Both the position numbers and the translations under genes were made by a program. Positions 19,908 through 30,039 of a stretch of 64,000 nt of DNA are shown here, one piece after another (within the stretch, counting starts at the first letter, position 1; every line of letters starts with the position of its first letter). Source of the DNA: Arcobacteraceae bacterium (GTDB lineage Bacteria > Campylobacterota > Campylobacteria > Campylobacterales > Arcobacteraceae); contig CBDCZH010000010.1 of assembly GCA_965224485.1 (NCBI GenBank), forward strand, positions 224,001 through 288,000, written 5' to 3'. The notes beneath the pieces are model-generated. The model was not told the origin of the DNA, ran no database searches, and saw nothing but the letters and a program-made list of their open reading frames with translations.

Positions 19908-22373
19908 ATGGATAGTGTTTATAGTATAAATATAGAAAGAGCAGTTCTAAGTTCAATTTTATTTAACCCAGATGAGATAGAAGATGTTCTAGGAATTTTA
20001 AAAGCAAAAGATTTTTATTTGCCAATGCATCAAAAAATCTTTGCTGTAATGGTTAAACTTCATGACCAAGATATGCCAATTGATGAAGAGTTTATAAGAA
20101 AAAAACTTGATTCTAAAGAAGTTGATGATTCTGTTTTAATAGAAATACTCTCAGCAAACCCAATTACAAATACCTTAGCTTATGTAAAAGAAATTAAAGA
20201 TGCAAGTGTAAAAAGAGAACTAGCAACACTAGCAACTACTATTAAAAAAGTAGCGATTGAAGAAGATATACCAGCAAGTGAAGCTGTTGATACAGTTCAA
20301 AATGCCTTGTATAAAATCTCAACTGACTCAGCTTCTACTGAGCTTAAAAATATAGAAGTTATCACAAGTGATACCTTAGAATATATTAAAAAAATGAAAA
20401 AACTTGGTAATAAACACCTTATTGGTGAAACAACAGGTTTTTACGATTTAGATAAAAAAACAACAGGTTTTAATGAGGGTGATTTAGTTATTATTGCTGC
20501 ACGTCCTGCTATGGGTAAGTGTTTGGCACGTGGTACTAAAATTGTAATGTTTGATGGAAATTTAAAGAATGTAGAAGACATACAAGTAGGCGATCAATTA
20601 ATGGGTGATGACTCAAAACCTAGAAATATTCTCTCAACTACAAGTGGTAAAGAACAAATGTACTGGGTACGTCAAAACAAAGCTCTTGATTATCGAGTTA
20701 ATGAATCTCATATATTATCACTAAAAAGAAGTAGAAATGAAGGACCTCATAAAAATGGAGATATTTTAAATATTAACATTAAAGAGTATTTTGAAAAAAC
20801 TACTAAATTCAAAAGTAACTATAAGGGATATAAAGTTGCAATTGAATTTGAAGAAAAAGAGACAAAAATTGATCCTTATTATTTAGGTCTTTGGTTAGGA
20901 GATGGTTCTTCTTCAAAAGTAAGTATATATAATCAAGATAAAGAAATAATCACTTATTTGATTTCTTATGCAAAAAAACTAGGTTTAAGCCTTCGAGAAT
21001 ATATTCAAGAAGATAAATGTCCTGAATATTCAATAACAAATGGAAAGTCTGTTGATGGTAAAACAGCTTTCTCATTACAAAAACTTTTAAGAGATGAAGA
21101 ATTATTAAATAATAAACATATACCAAAACAGTATTTACTAAATTCTAAAACTAAAAGATTAGAACTTTTAGCTGGATTATTGGACAGTGATGGACATTAT
21201 GATAAAAAAGCTAATGGTTTTGAAATAACACAAAAAAATGAAAACTTGGCTAAAGAGATTAAGTACTTATGTGATTCTTTAGGTTTCAGAACATCATTAA
21301 TATCAAAAAAAGCAAGTATAAAAAAGATAAAATTTGAAAGTATTGTTTATCGAGTAAGAATATTTGGAAACATAAATATTATTCCAACCAAAATCAAAAG
21401 AAAACAAGCAAAAAAATGGACTTGTAATAGAACCTGGAATCAAACAGGAATAAGTATAGAAAAAGATATAGTTGATGAATATTATGGCTTTGAAATAGAT
21501 GGAAATAGACTTTTTTTATTAGAAGATATGACTGTTACTCACAATACTGCACTTGTACTTAATATGGCTTTAGCAAATGTTGAAGCAAATAAAGGTGTTA
21601 TTATTTTCTCACTAGAAATGCCAGCTGAGCAGTTGATGTTAAGAATGTTAGCTGCAAAAACATCTATTCCTTTACAGAACTTAAGAAAAGGTGATTTAGA
21701 TGATTCCCAATGGAGTCTTTTAAGTACAGCTTTTGAAGATTTAAATCAGAAAAAACTTTTTGTTGATGATGGGGGAAGTATTAATATTAACCAACTTCGT
21801 GCAAGAGTTCGAAAATTAGCACAAAATGCAGATAATAATATTTCTATGATTGTTATTGATTATTTACAACTAATGCAAGGAACTGGCGGAAAAGATAGAC
21901 ACTTGGAGGTTTCTGAAATTTCTAGGGGACTTAAGATGTTAGCAAGGGAGCTAAAAATTCCAGTAATTGCCTTATCACAGTTAAACAGGGGTTTAGAAAA
22001 TAGACCTGATAAGCGACCAATGTTAAGTGATATTAGAGAGTCTGGAGCTATTGAGCAAGATGCTGATATTATTATGTTTGTTTATAGAGATGATGTATAT
22101 AAAGAAAGAGATGAAGCAAGAAAAGAGAAAGAAGCTAAAGATAAAGGTGAAGAGTATAAGTCTACTTTTGTAAATAACCCAGTTGAAGAAGCAGAAATAA
22201 TAATTGGAAAACAAAGAAATGGACCAATAGGAACTGTTAAACTTGATTTTCAAAAAGCATTAACACGATTTGTTAGTAAAGAACAAGCTGGTGGTGCTCC
22301 AATAGAAGTAGTATTTGAAAGTGTTGCTGATGTAACAAGAGAAACTAATATAGATATTCCTGATATTTTATAA
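19908..22373 (+). CDS. dnaB: replicative DNA helicase DnaB, intein-containing
   Basis: AARPAMGK|T (Walker A split by intein), FSLEM, IDYLQL, LSQLNR, RESGAIEQDAD, KQRNGP. Confidence 0.97.
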   Translation: MDSVYSINIERAVLSSILFNPDEIEDVLGILKAKDFYLPMHQKIFAVMVKLHDQDMPIDEEFIRKKLDSKEVDDSVLIEILSANPITNTLAYVKEIKDASVKRELATLATTIKKVAIEEDIPASEAVDTVQNALYKISTDSASTELKNIEVITSDTLEYIKKMKKLGNKHLIGETTGFYDLDKKTTGFNEGDLVIIAARPAMGKCLARGTKIVMFDGNLKNVEDIQVGDQLMGDDSKPRNILSTTSGKEQMYWVRQNKALDYRVNESHILSLKRSRNEGPHKNGDILNINIKEYFEKTTKFKSNYKGYKVAIEFEEKETKIDPYYLGLWLGDGSSSKVSIYNQDKEIITYLISYAKKLGLSLREYIQEDKCPEYSITNGKSVDGKTAFSLQKLLRDEELLNNKHIPKQYLLNSKTKRLELLAGLLDSDGHYDKKANGFEITQKNENLAKEIKYLCDSLGFRTSLISKKASIKKIKFESIVYRVRIFGNINIIPTKIKRKQAKKWTCNRTWNQTGISIEKDIVDEYYGFEIDGNRLFLLEDMTVTHNTALVLNMALANVEANKGVIIFSLEMPAEQLMLRMLAAKTSIPLQNLRKGDLDDSQWSLLSTAFEDLNQKKLFVDDGGSININQLRARVRKLAQNADNNISMIVIDYLQLMQGTGGKDRHLEVSEISRGLKMLARELKIPVIALSQLNRGLENRPDKRPMLSDIRESGAIEQDADIIMFVYRDDVYKERDEARKEKEAKDKGEEYKSTFVNNPVEEAEIIIGKQRNGPIGTVKLDFQKALTRFVSKEQAGGAPIEVVFESVADVTRETNIDIPDIL
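20520..21545 (+). mobile_element. intein with LAGLIDADG homing endonuclease (342 aa) in DnaB P-loop
   Basis: Starts CLARGT, block B 'VNESHIL', motifs 'LGLWLGDG' and 'LAGLLDSDG', block F 'YYGFEIDGNRLFL', ends VTHN followed by Thr+1. Confidence 0.95.
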
Positions 22374-22470
22374 GAAGTAAATTTAGAAAATAATAGAAAT
22401 AAAATAAGTAATTTAGTTATTTCTTAGCAAGAATCAATTATACTTAACTATCTTTTTAAAGGAGTTAATT

Positions 22471-22761
22471 ATGAAAATTATTTTGATTTTATTTTTGGGA
22501 ATAGCTTTTGCCTTCTCAAGTGTAAAAATAAATTCTGCAAGTGCAGAAGAGTTTGTTAGTTTAGTTGGCGTTGGGGTAAAAAAAGCTCAGAATATTGTGA
22601 AATATAGAGAGTTTAATGGTTGTTTTAAAAGTATTTCTGATTTGAGCATGGTAAAAGGAATAGCTAATAAAACAATAGAAAAAAATAAAAAGATGCTTGT
22701 TCTTGATAAGTGTCCTAATAAATCTAGTAAGTCTAAAAAACTTAAAATAAGTAAAAAATAA
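22471..22761 (+). CDS. comEA: ComEA family helix-hairpin-helix DNA-binding protein
   Basis: Signal peptide; INSASAEEFVSLVGVGVKKA...YRE.NG.F..I.DL..VKGI. Confidence 0.88.
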   Translation: MKIILILFLGIAFAFSSVKINSASAEEFVSLVGVGVKKAQNIVKYREFNGCFKSISDLSMVKGIANKTIEKNKKMLVLDKCPNKSSKSKKLKISKK

Positions 22762-22789
22762 AACTTGGGAGATTCTTCTCCTAAAGTTT
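22761..22789 (+). terminator. putative intrinsic terminator after comEA
   Basis: AAACTTG-GGAGA-TTCT-TCTCC-TAAAGTTT stem-loop followed by T-rich sequence. Confidence 0.55.
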
Positions 22790-22867
22790 CTATCTCATTT
22801 CTCTCAAATCTACATTTTTATAATTTAAATATTTAAGTACTAAAGTAATTTTTATGTTACTTTTGAA

Positions 22868-22873
22868 TATAAT
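22868..22873 (+). promoter_or_regulatory. putative -10 box for the glycan locus (galU)
   Basis: TATAAT 27 nt upstream of galU ATG. Confidence 0.5.
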
Positions 22874-22900
22874 CATATTAATAATTAAAGAAAGAAAAAA

Positions 22901-23734
22901 ATGATAAAAAAATGTTTATTTCCAGCAGCTGGTTACGGTACAAGATTCTTACCAGCAACAAAAGCCACTCCAAAAGAGATGTTACCTGTTTTAACTAAAC
23001 CATTGATTCAATATGGTGTTGAAGAAGCTTTAAGTGCTGGTATTTCAACTATGGCAATAGTAACAGGTCGAGGTAAAAGAGCAATTGAAGATCATTTTGA
23101 TATTTCATATGAGTTGGAACATCAAATTAAAGGTACGTCAAAAGAACATTATTTAAATGAAATTAGAGATGTTATAACTAAATGTACTTTTTCTTATACT
23201 AGACAAGTTGAGATGAAAGGTTTAGGTCATGCTATTTTATGTGGCCAAACTTTAATTGGAAATGAAGCTTTTGCAGTTGTTTTAGCAGATGACCTTTGTG
23301 ATAATGATGATTCTGAGCTTAATGAAAGTGTTTTAGAACAAATGGTAAAAGTATATGAAAAATACAAATGCTCAATTGTTGCAATAGAAGAAATTCCAAT
23401 GAGTGATACAAATAAATATGGAGTAATTGAAGGAAATTTAATAGAAGAAAATTTATTTCAAATTACTAATATGGTGGAAAAACCTGAAAGCAAGGATGCT
23501 CCTTCGAATTTAGCAATTATTGGAAGATATATTTTAACACCTGATATATTTGATATTTTACAAGATACAAAACCAGGTAAGGGTGGAGAAATTCAAATAA
23601 CAGATGCCCTTTTAGAACAAGCGAAAAAAGGCAAGGTATTAGCCTATAAATTTAAAGGTAAAAGATTTGATTGTGGAAGTATAGATGGTTTTGTACAAGC
23701 AACAAATTATTTTTATGAAAAAGAGAGCAAATAA
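22901..23734 (+). CDS. galU: UTP--glucose-1-phosphate uridylyltransferase
   Basis: PAAGYGTRFLPATKATPKEMLP, GLGHAI, VEKP, GEIQITDA. Confidence 0.96.
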   Translation: MIKKCLFPAAGYGTRFLPATKATPKEMLPVLTKPLIQYGVEEALSAGISTMAIVTGRGKRAIEDHFDISYELEHQIKGTSKEHYLNEIRDVITKCTFSYTRQVEMKGLGHAILCGQTLIGNEAFAVVLADDLCDNDDSELNESVLEQMVKVYEKYKCSIVAIEEIPMSDTNKYGVIEGNLIEENLFQITNMVEKPESKDAPSNLAIIGRYILTPDIFDILQDTKPGKGGEIQITDALLEQAKKGKVLAYKFKGKRFDCGSIDGFVQATNYFYEKESK

Positions 23735-25066
23735 ATGAAAATTAGTATTATAGGAACTGGATACGTAGGACTTGTAAGTGGAACGTGTTTTGCCCAAATG
23801 GGAAATAGTGTTATTTGTGTAGATATTGATAAACAAAAAGTAGCTTCTTTAAAAAAAGGTGTAGTTCCTATTTATGAGCCAAGTTTAGAAGAAATGGTTA
23901 TAAATAATTATAAAAATTCTAGCTTAGATTTTACTAGTGATATTTCTTATGCCTTAAAAAACTCAAATATTTGTTTTATTGCAGTTGGAACTCCTATGGG
24001 TGAAGATGGAAGTGCTGATTTAAAATATGTTTTAGGGGTTGCTAAGAGTATTGGTGAGAATATGACTCATCATATGTATGTGGTTGATAAATCAACAGTA
24101 CCAGTTGGAACTGCTTTAAAAGTAAAAGATGAGATACAAAAAGCCTTAGATAAAAGAGAATCTAAACTTACTTTTGATGTTATTTCAAATCCTGAATTTT
24201 TAAAAGAGGGTGCTGCTATTGAAGACTTTATGAAACCTGATAGAGTTGTAATTGGAGCTGATAATGAAGCTGCTTTTGATGTTATGAGAGAGTTATATAC
24301 ACCTTTTACAAGAAATCATGATAGATTTATTGCTATGGATATTAAAAGTGCAGAAATGACAAAATATGCAGCAAATGCTATGTTAGCTACAAAAATATCT
24401 TTTATGAATGAGATGTCAAATATTTGTGAACGCGTTGGAGCTGATATAAATAAGGTTAGAAATGGAATTGGAAGTGATTCTAGAATTGGTTACTCTTTTA
24501 TTTATCCAGGTTGTGGATATGGGGGATCTTGTTTCCCAAAAGATGTGCAAGCTTTAGCTAAAACAGCAAAAGATTTTGGTTATACTCCTAAAATTTTAGA
24601 TGCAGTAGAAGAAGTAAATTATGCACAAAAGAAAGTAATTTCAAATAAAGTTATAAAAAGATTTGCTAAAAATGATAGTTTAGAAGGTCTTAGCTTCGCA
24701 GTTTGGGGTTTAGCTTTTAAACCTGAAACAGATGATATGAGAGAAGCTACATCAATTACAGTTATAAATGAATTAACTAAAAGAGGTGCTAAAATTATAG
24801 CGTATGATCCAAAAGCAATAAAAGAAGCAAAAGAACATTATTTAAAAGATAATAAAAATATTAAATATGTAGATAATAAATATGATGCTTTAAATGAATC
24901 AAATGCTTTAATTTTATTAACAGAATGGAAAGAGTTTAGAAGTCCAGATTTTGATGAGATAAAACAAAGATTAAAAGAAACAATAATTTTTGATGGAAGA
25001 AATCAATATAACAAAGAAAAACTAGAAATAGATGGATTTGAATATTTTCAAATAGGTGTTAAATAA
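23735..25066 (+). CDS. ugd: UDP-glucose 6-dehydrogenase
   Basis: GTGYVG, SNPEFLKEG, GYGGSCFPKD, AFKPETDDMRE. Confidence 0.93.
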   Translation: MKISIIGTGYVGLVSGTCFAQMGNSVICVDIDKQKVASLKKGVVPIYEPSLEEMVINNYKNSSLDFTSDISYALKNSNICFIAVGTPMGEDGSADLKYVLGVAKSIGENMTHHMYVVDKSTVPVGTALKVKDEIQKALDKRESKLTFDVISNPEFLKEGAAIEDFMKPDRVVIGADNEAAFDVMRELYTPFTRNHDRFIAMDIKSAEMTKYAANAMLATKISFMNEMSNICERVGADINKVRNGIGSDSRIGYSFIYPGCGYGGSCFPKDVQALAKTAKDFGYTPKILDAVEEVNYAQKKVISNKVIKRFAKNDSLEGLSFAVWGLAFKPETDDMREATSITVINELTKRGAKIIAYDPKAIKEAKEHYLKDNKNIKYVDNKYDALNESNALILLTEWKEFRSPDFDEIKQRLKETIIFDGRNQYNKEKLEIDGFEYFQIGVK

Positions 25067-25126
25067 TACTTAAAGAATTATAGTTAAAAGAATAGAATAT
25101 ACTAAATTTAATAAGCAAGGAAATAA

Positions 25127-26341
25127 GTGAAATATACAAAAAATTTTTATGAAATAAAATCAAATGATATAATATTTTCTAGCTTAGAAGAAGAGAGTAA
25201 AACTATAGGTTATTATTCCTTACCTGATCAACATATTGATGATGTTTTATTTTATGCAAAAAGTGTTAAACAAAAAGATATTGCAATAGTAGGAATTGGT
25301 GGTAGTACACTTGGAACTTATGCTATTCATAAGTTTTTAAAAACAAACAAAACATCAAATAAAAAATTGCACTTTTTTGAATCAACAGATCCAACAGATA
25401 TAAAATCAAGAGTTGAAAAACTTAATTTAAAAGATACCTTATTTTTAATAATCTCAAAATCAGGAACTACAATTGAGACGATAAGTATATTTAAATATTT
25501 ATCTTCTTTATTGGTAATTGATAAAAATAATTGTCTAATAATTTCTGAAGTAGACTCATCATTAAGTAGTTTTGCTAAAACAAATGATATAAAAACATTT
25601 GCAATACCTAAAAATGTAGGTGGAAGATTTTCAGTATTTTCAAATGTAGGATTAGTTCCTTTGGCAATAATTGGAGTAGATATAAAAGAACTTCTTAAAG
25701 GGGCTAAGGAAGTAAAAGATTCATTTTTTGAAAAAGGTAAATATTATAATGAAATCTTTGAAAAAGCAAGATTTTTAGTAGAAAATAAAAAAAGATTTAA
25801 TATAAATATTGTTTTTTCATACTCTGCTTCGTTAGAAGGTTTCAATAAATGGTATGTGCAACTTTGGGGCGAGAGTTTAGGAAAGCTAAATATTAATGGT
25901 ACAAAACAAAGTTTAACTCCAATAGGACTAATAGGTCCAGTTGATCAACATAGTTTTTTACAATTAATAGTTGAGGGAAATAGAAATAAAACAGTAACTT
26001 TTATAAAAATAGAAGACTTTCAAGATGAAACAGTAATTCCAGCTAATAATCTTAAAGGTTTTTCTGATTTAAATTATATAGATGGTTTAAAATTCCAAGA
26101 TTTATTAGCAGCTCAAGCAGATGCTACAATACAGTCAATTAAAGAATTAAAAGACATTCCATATGATATAATAACAATAGATAAACAAAATGAAAAGAAC
26201 ATAGCAAAACTAATGTTTTCTTTTCAGTTACTTACTTCAGTTGTAGGTAAATTTGTACAAATAAATACCTACGATCAACCAGGAGTTGAAAGAGGGAAAA
26301 ACATTTTAAAAGAGAAATTAAAAGAAAGAAAAGTATTTTAG
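25127..26341 (+). CDS. pgi: glucose-6-phosphate isomerase
   Basis: GIGGSTLG, SKSGTTIET, VGGRFS, QLWGESLGK, DQHS, DQPGVE. Confidence 0.95.
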   Translation: MKYTKNFYEIKSNDIIFSSLEEESKTIGYYSLPDQHIDDVLFYAKSVKQKDIAIVGIGGSTLGTYAIHKFLKTNKTSNKKLHFFESTDPTDIKSRVEKLNLKDTLFLIISKSGTTIETISIFKYLSSLLVIDKNNCLIISEVDSSLSSFAKTNDIKTFAIPKNVGGRFSVFSNVGLVPLAIIGVDIKELLKGAKEVKDSFFEKGKYYNEIFEKARFLVENKKRFNINIVFSYSASLEGFNKWYVQLWGESLGKLNINGTKQSLTPIGLIGPVDQHSFLQLIVEGNRNKTVTFIKIEDFQDETVIPANNLKGFSDLNYIDGLKFQDLLAAQADATIQSIKELKDIPYDIITIDKQNEKNIAKLMFSFQLLTSVVGKFVQINTYDQPGVERGKNILKEKLKERKVF

Positions 26342-26349
26342 TATGATAA

Positions 26350-26407
26350 GAATTAAAGTTCAATGCAGGGAAGTAATTTTAAGACTAAAGTCTAATGCAA
26401 TTCTTCC
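26350..26407. repeat. two TAAA-loop hairpins (REP-like) in pgi-epimerase intergenic region
   Basis: GAAT-TAAA-GTTC and GGAAG.AATT..AGAC-TAAA-GTCT..AATT-CTTCC. Confidence 0.5.
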
Positions 26408-26427
26408 TCTAAAAGGGAGAATGTAAA

Positions 26428-27519
26428 ATGACGAGTCGTAAAATTCTAGTAACAGGAACAGCAGGTTTTATAGGTAGTCATTTAGCTATAGAACTATTAG
26501 AAAGAGGAAATGAAGTTGTTGGTTTAGATAATATCAATGATTATTATGACCAAAAAGTTAAATACGGTAGACTTCATCGTGGTGGTATTATTAATAAGAT
26601 TGAAGATGGTGAACATATAGAATATAATAAATTATTAGTTTCAAAAACTAATAAAAACTATAAATTTATCAAATTAAATTTAGAAGATAAAGATAATATG
26701 ATGAAACTTTTTGAAGAAGAAAAGTTTGATGCTGTATGTAATCTTGCTGCGCAAGCAGGTGTAAGATATTCTTTAAGCAATCCATCAGCCTATATGGACT
26801 CTAATATTATAGGTTTTATGAATATCTTAGAGTCTTGTAGGTATAACAATGTTAAAAATTTATCATATGCTTCTTCCTCGTCTGTATATGGATTAAATGA
26901 AGAATTGCCATTTTCTACAAATCATGATGTTTCGCATCCTATATCTTTGTATGCAGCAAGTAAAAAATCAAATGAACTTATGGCTCATACCTATTCTCAT
27001 TTATTTGATATATGTACAACAGGACTTAGGTTTTTTACAGTTTATGGACCATGGGGAAGACCAGATATGGCTTTATATCTTTTTACTAAAGCTGCTATTG
27101 AAGGAAAAAGTATTGATGTATTTAATAATGGTGAAATGTTAAGAGATTTTACTTATATTGATGATATTGTAGAAGGGATTATTAGAGTTATAGATAATCC
27201 AGCTTCAAAAGATGAAAAGTGGAATGGTAAAACTGGAGAAGTTTCAAGCTCTTCAGCTCCTTATAAAATATATAATATAGGAAATAATAATCCAGTTAAA
27301 TTAATGGATTTTATTAAAGCCATTGAAAATAAACTTGGACTTACCATAAAGAAAAACTTTTTACCTATTCAAGCAGGTGATGTTCCAGCAACATTTGCAG
27401 ATGTTCAAGATTTAATAGATGATTTAGATTATAAACCACAAACACCAATACAAGAAGGAATTGATAAATTCGTTGATTGGTATTTAGATTTTTTTAATAT
27501 AGATAAGGAGATAAAATAA
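26428..27519 (+). CDS. UDP-glucuronate/UDP-GlcNAcA 4-epimerase (extended SDR)
   Basis: GTAGFIG, NLAAQAGVRYS, ASSSSVYG, YAASK, RFFTVYGPWGRPDMA. Confidence 0.9.
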   Translation: MTSRKILVTGTAGFIGSHLAIELLERGNEVVGLDNINDYYDQKVKYGRLHRGGIINKIEDGEHIEYNKLLVSKTNKNYKFIKLNLEDKDNMMKLFEEEKFDAVCNLAAQAGVRYSLSNPSAYMDSNIIGFMNILESCRYNNVKNLSYASSSSVYGLNEELPFSTNHDVSHPISLYAASKKSNELMAHTYSHLFDICTTGLRFFTVYGPWGRPDMALYLFTKAAIEGKSIDVFNNGEMLRDFTYIDDIVEGIIRVIDNPASKDEKWNGKTGEVSSSSAPYKIYNIGNNNPVKLMDFIKAIENKLGLTIKKNFLPIQAGDVPATFADVQDLIDDLDYKPQTPIQEGIDKFVDWYLDFFNIDKEIK

Positions 27520-28794
27520 ATGCAAAATAAAGAGTTTTTAAAAAATTGTAAAATATGTATAATAGGACTAGGATATGTTGGTTTACCTCTAGCTCATGCT
27601 TTTTCTTCTAAATATGAAGTACTAGGATTAGATATTTATCAAAAGAGAATTGATGAACTTAATTCTGCTTATGATAGAACTTTAGAATTAAATGAAAAAC
27701 AATTGCAAGAAGCATTAGATAATAATATTAAGTTTACAACTAAGGCAGATGATATAAAAGATTGTAATATATATATTGTTACTGTTCCAACTCCAATTGA
27801 TAAAAACAAAAGGCCAGACTTAAGCCCTTTATTAAAAGCTAGTGAAACAATAGGAAAAGTTCTAAAAAAAGACGATATTGTAATTTATGAATCAACAGTA
27901 TATCCAGGTGCAACAGAAGAAGAGTGTGTTCCAGTTTTAGAGAAATTTTCAAGACTTAAATTTAATCAAGACTTTTTTTGTGGATATTCTCCTGAGCGAA
28001 TTAATCCAGGAGATAAAGAACATACAGTTACAAAAATTCTAAAAGTAACAGCTGGTTCAACACCTGAGATTGGAAAAAAAGTAGATGCACTTTATTCTTC
28101 AATTATTACAGCGGGAACTCATTTAGCTCCTACTATTAAAGTAGCAGAAGCTGCAAAAGTAATAGAAAATTCCCAAAGAGATATAAATATAGCATTTGTA
28201 AATGAACTAGCTATTATTTTTAATAAACTTAATATTAATACAAATGATGTTTTAGAAGCAGCTGGTACAAAATGGAATTTTCTTAAGTTTAAGCCAGGTT
28301 TAGTCGGTGGTCATTGTATTGGTGTTGATCCATATTATTTAACACATAAAGCCCAACAAGTTGGATATAATCCCGAAATTATTCTAGCAGGAAGAAGACT
28401 TAATGATAATATGGGAATATATGTTGCAAATCAAGTAATAAAGCTAATGATTAAAAAAGGCCATAAAATTGAAGGTTCAAAAGTATTGGTACTTGGTATA
28501 ACTTTTAAGGAAAATTGTCCTGATATTAGAAACTCTAGAGTTATTGATGTAATCGAGGAACTTAAAGAATTTGGCTGTGATATAACTGTTTCAGATTATT
28601 GGGCAGATAAAGATGAAGTTAAAAAAGAATATAATCTTAACTTAATTAGCCATTCAAAATTAAATATTCAAAATTACAATGCAGTTGTGCTAGCTGTTGC
28701 TCATGATAAGTTTAAGGATATTAATTTAAATAATGATAATCAAGTTGTCTATGATATTAAGTCTATTTTAGATTATAGTGATGGAAGATTATAG
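27520..28794 (+). CDS. UDP-N-acetylhexosamine 6-dehydrogenase (TviB/WbpO family)
   Basis: [54 protein letters not shown]. Confidence 0.92.
   Translation: MQNKEFLKNCKICIIGLGYVGLPLAHAFSSKYEVLGLDIYQKRIDELNSAYDRTLELNEKQLQEALDNNIKFTTKADDIKDCNIYIVTVPTPIDKNKRPDLSPLLKASETIGKVLKKDDIVIYESTVYPGATEEECVPVLEKFSRLKFNQDFFCGYSPERINPGDKEHTVTKILKVTAGSTPEIGKKVDALYSSIITAGTHLAPTIKVAEAAKVIENSQRDINIAFVNELAIIFNKLNINTNDVLEAAGTKWNFLKFKPGLVGGHCIGVDPYYLTHKAQQVGYNPEIILAGRRLNDNMGIYVANQVIKLMIKKGHKIEGSKVLVLGITFKENCPDIRNSRVIDVIEELKEFGCDITVSDYWADKDEVKKEYNLNLISHSKLNIQNYNAVVLAVAHDKFKDINLNNDNQVVYDIKSILDYSDGRL
28651..28678 (+). repeat. 7-nt periodic repeat in-frame in the TviB/WbpO-like gene (HSKLNIQNY)
   Basis: CATTCAA AATTAAA TATTCAA AATTACA; 23/24 identical to 29691-29714. 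Confidence 0.65.
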
Positions 28795-28797
28795 GTT

Positions 28798-30004
28798 TTG
28801 AGTAAAATATTAGGATTAATTGGACGAACCAAAGAATTATTTACAGATGATATAAAAAACTGTAATGAACAACTTAAAAAAATAGTTTCAAATTCCTCTT
28901 TTTTAGTTATTGGTGGAGCTGGTTCAATTGGGCACGCAGTTACAAAAGAAATTTTTAAAAGAAATCCCAAAAAACTTCATATTGTTGATATAAGTGAAAA
29001 TAATATGGTTGAGTTAGTACGAGATATAAGAAGTTCTTACGGCTATATAGATGGAGACTTTCAAACCTTTGCTTTAGATATTGGATCTTTAGAATATGAT
29101 GCTTTTATTGCATCAGATGGAAAATTCGATTATGTATTAAATTTATCAGCGCTAAAACATGTAAGAAGTGAAAAAGATCCATTTACTCTAATGAGAATGA
29201 TTGATACTAATATATTCAATACTGATAAAACAATTCAACAATCAATTGAAAATAAAACAAAAAAATACTTTTGTGTCTCAACTGATAAAGCTGCAAATCC
29301 TGTTAATATGATGGGTGCAAGTAAAAAGATTATGGAAATGTTTTGTAATGCGGAAATCATTAGAAATAAAAGTATCAATGGCAAGATTTGCCAATGTTGC
29401 TTTTTCTGATGGCTCACTATTACATGGATTTAATCAAAGAATTCAGAAAAATCAACCAATTGTTGCTCCTAATGATATTAAAAGATATTTTGTAACACCT
29501 CAAGAATCAGGTGAATTATGCTTAATGTCTTGTATTTTTGGAGAAAATAGAGATATCTTTTTCCCAAAGTTAAGTGAAAGTTTACATTTAATTTCTTTTG
29601 CAGATATTGCAGTTAAATACTTAAAAGATTTAGGTTATGAAGCTTATTTATGTAAAGATGAAAATGAAGCAAGAGAGTTTTTCATTAATAATTCAAAATT
29701 AAACATTCAAAATTCAAAAGTTTGGCCTTGTTTATTTACTGAAAGTGATACTACAGGAGAAAAGGATTTTGAGGAATTCTTTACTGATAATGAATTATTA
29801 GATATGAATAGATTTGAAAATTTTGGAATTATTAAAAATGAAGCAGATTTTGATGAAAATAAGTTAAATTCTTTTGAAGATAAAATAAATAAGTTTAAAA
29901 AAGATTTGTCTTGGTCAAAAGAAGAAATAGTAAAAGAATTTTTTAAAATGATTCCAGATTTTGGGCATAAAGAAACTGGGAGATATTTAGATGGTAAAAT
30001 GTGA
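28798..30004 (+). CDS. NDP-GlcNAc 4,6-dehydratase (LegB/LgaA-like); apparent +1 T frameshift at 29341-29344
   Basis: GGAGSIG, LSALKHVRSEKDP, STDKAANP, RFANVAFSDGS, GEKDFEEF; the two ORFs join by removing one T. Confidence 0.85.
29683..29717 (+). repeat. 7-nt periodic repeat in-frame in the LegB-like gene (INNSKLNIQNSK)
   Basis: CATTAAT AATTCAA AATTAAA CATTCAA AATTCAA. Confidence 0.7.
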
Positions 30005-30006
30005 GA

Positions 30007-30028
30007 ATCGTTGTGCTTTAGCACCGAT
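30007..30028. repeat. GC-rich palindrome with TTTA/TAAA loop (REP-like)
   Basis: ATCG-TT-GTGC-TTTA-GCAC-CGAT directly before the GGAGG RBS of the LegC-like gene. Confidence 0.55.
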
Positions 30029-30039
30029 GGAGGCTGCAG

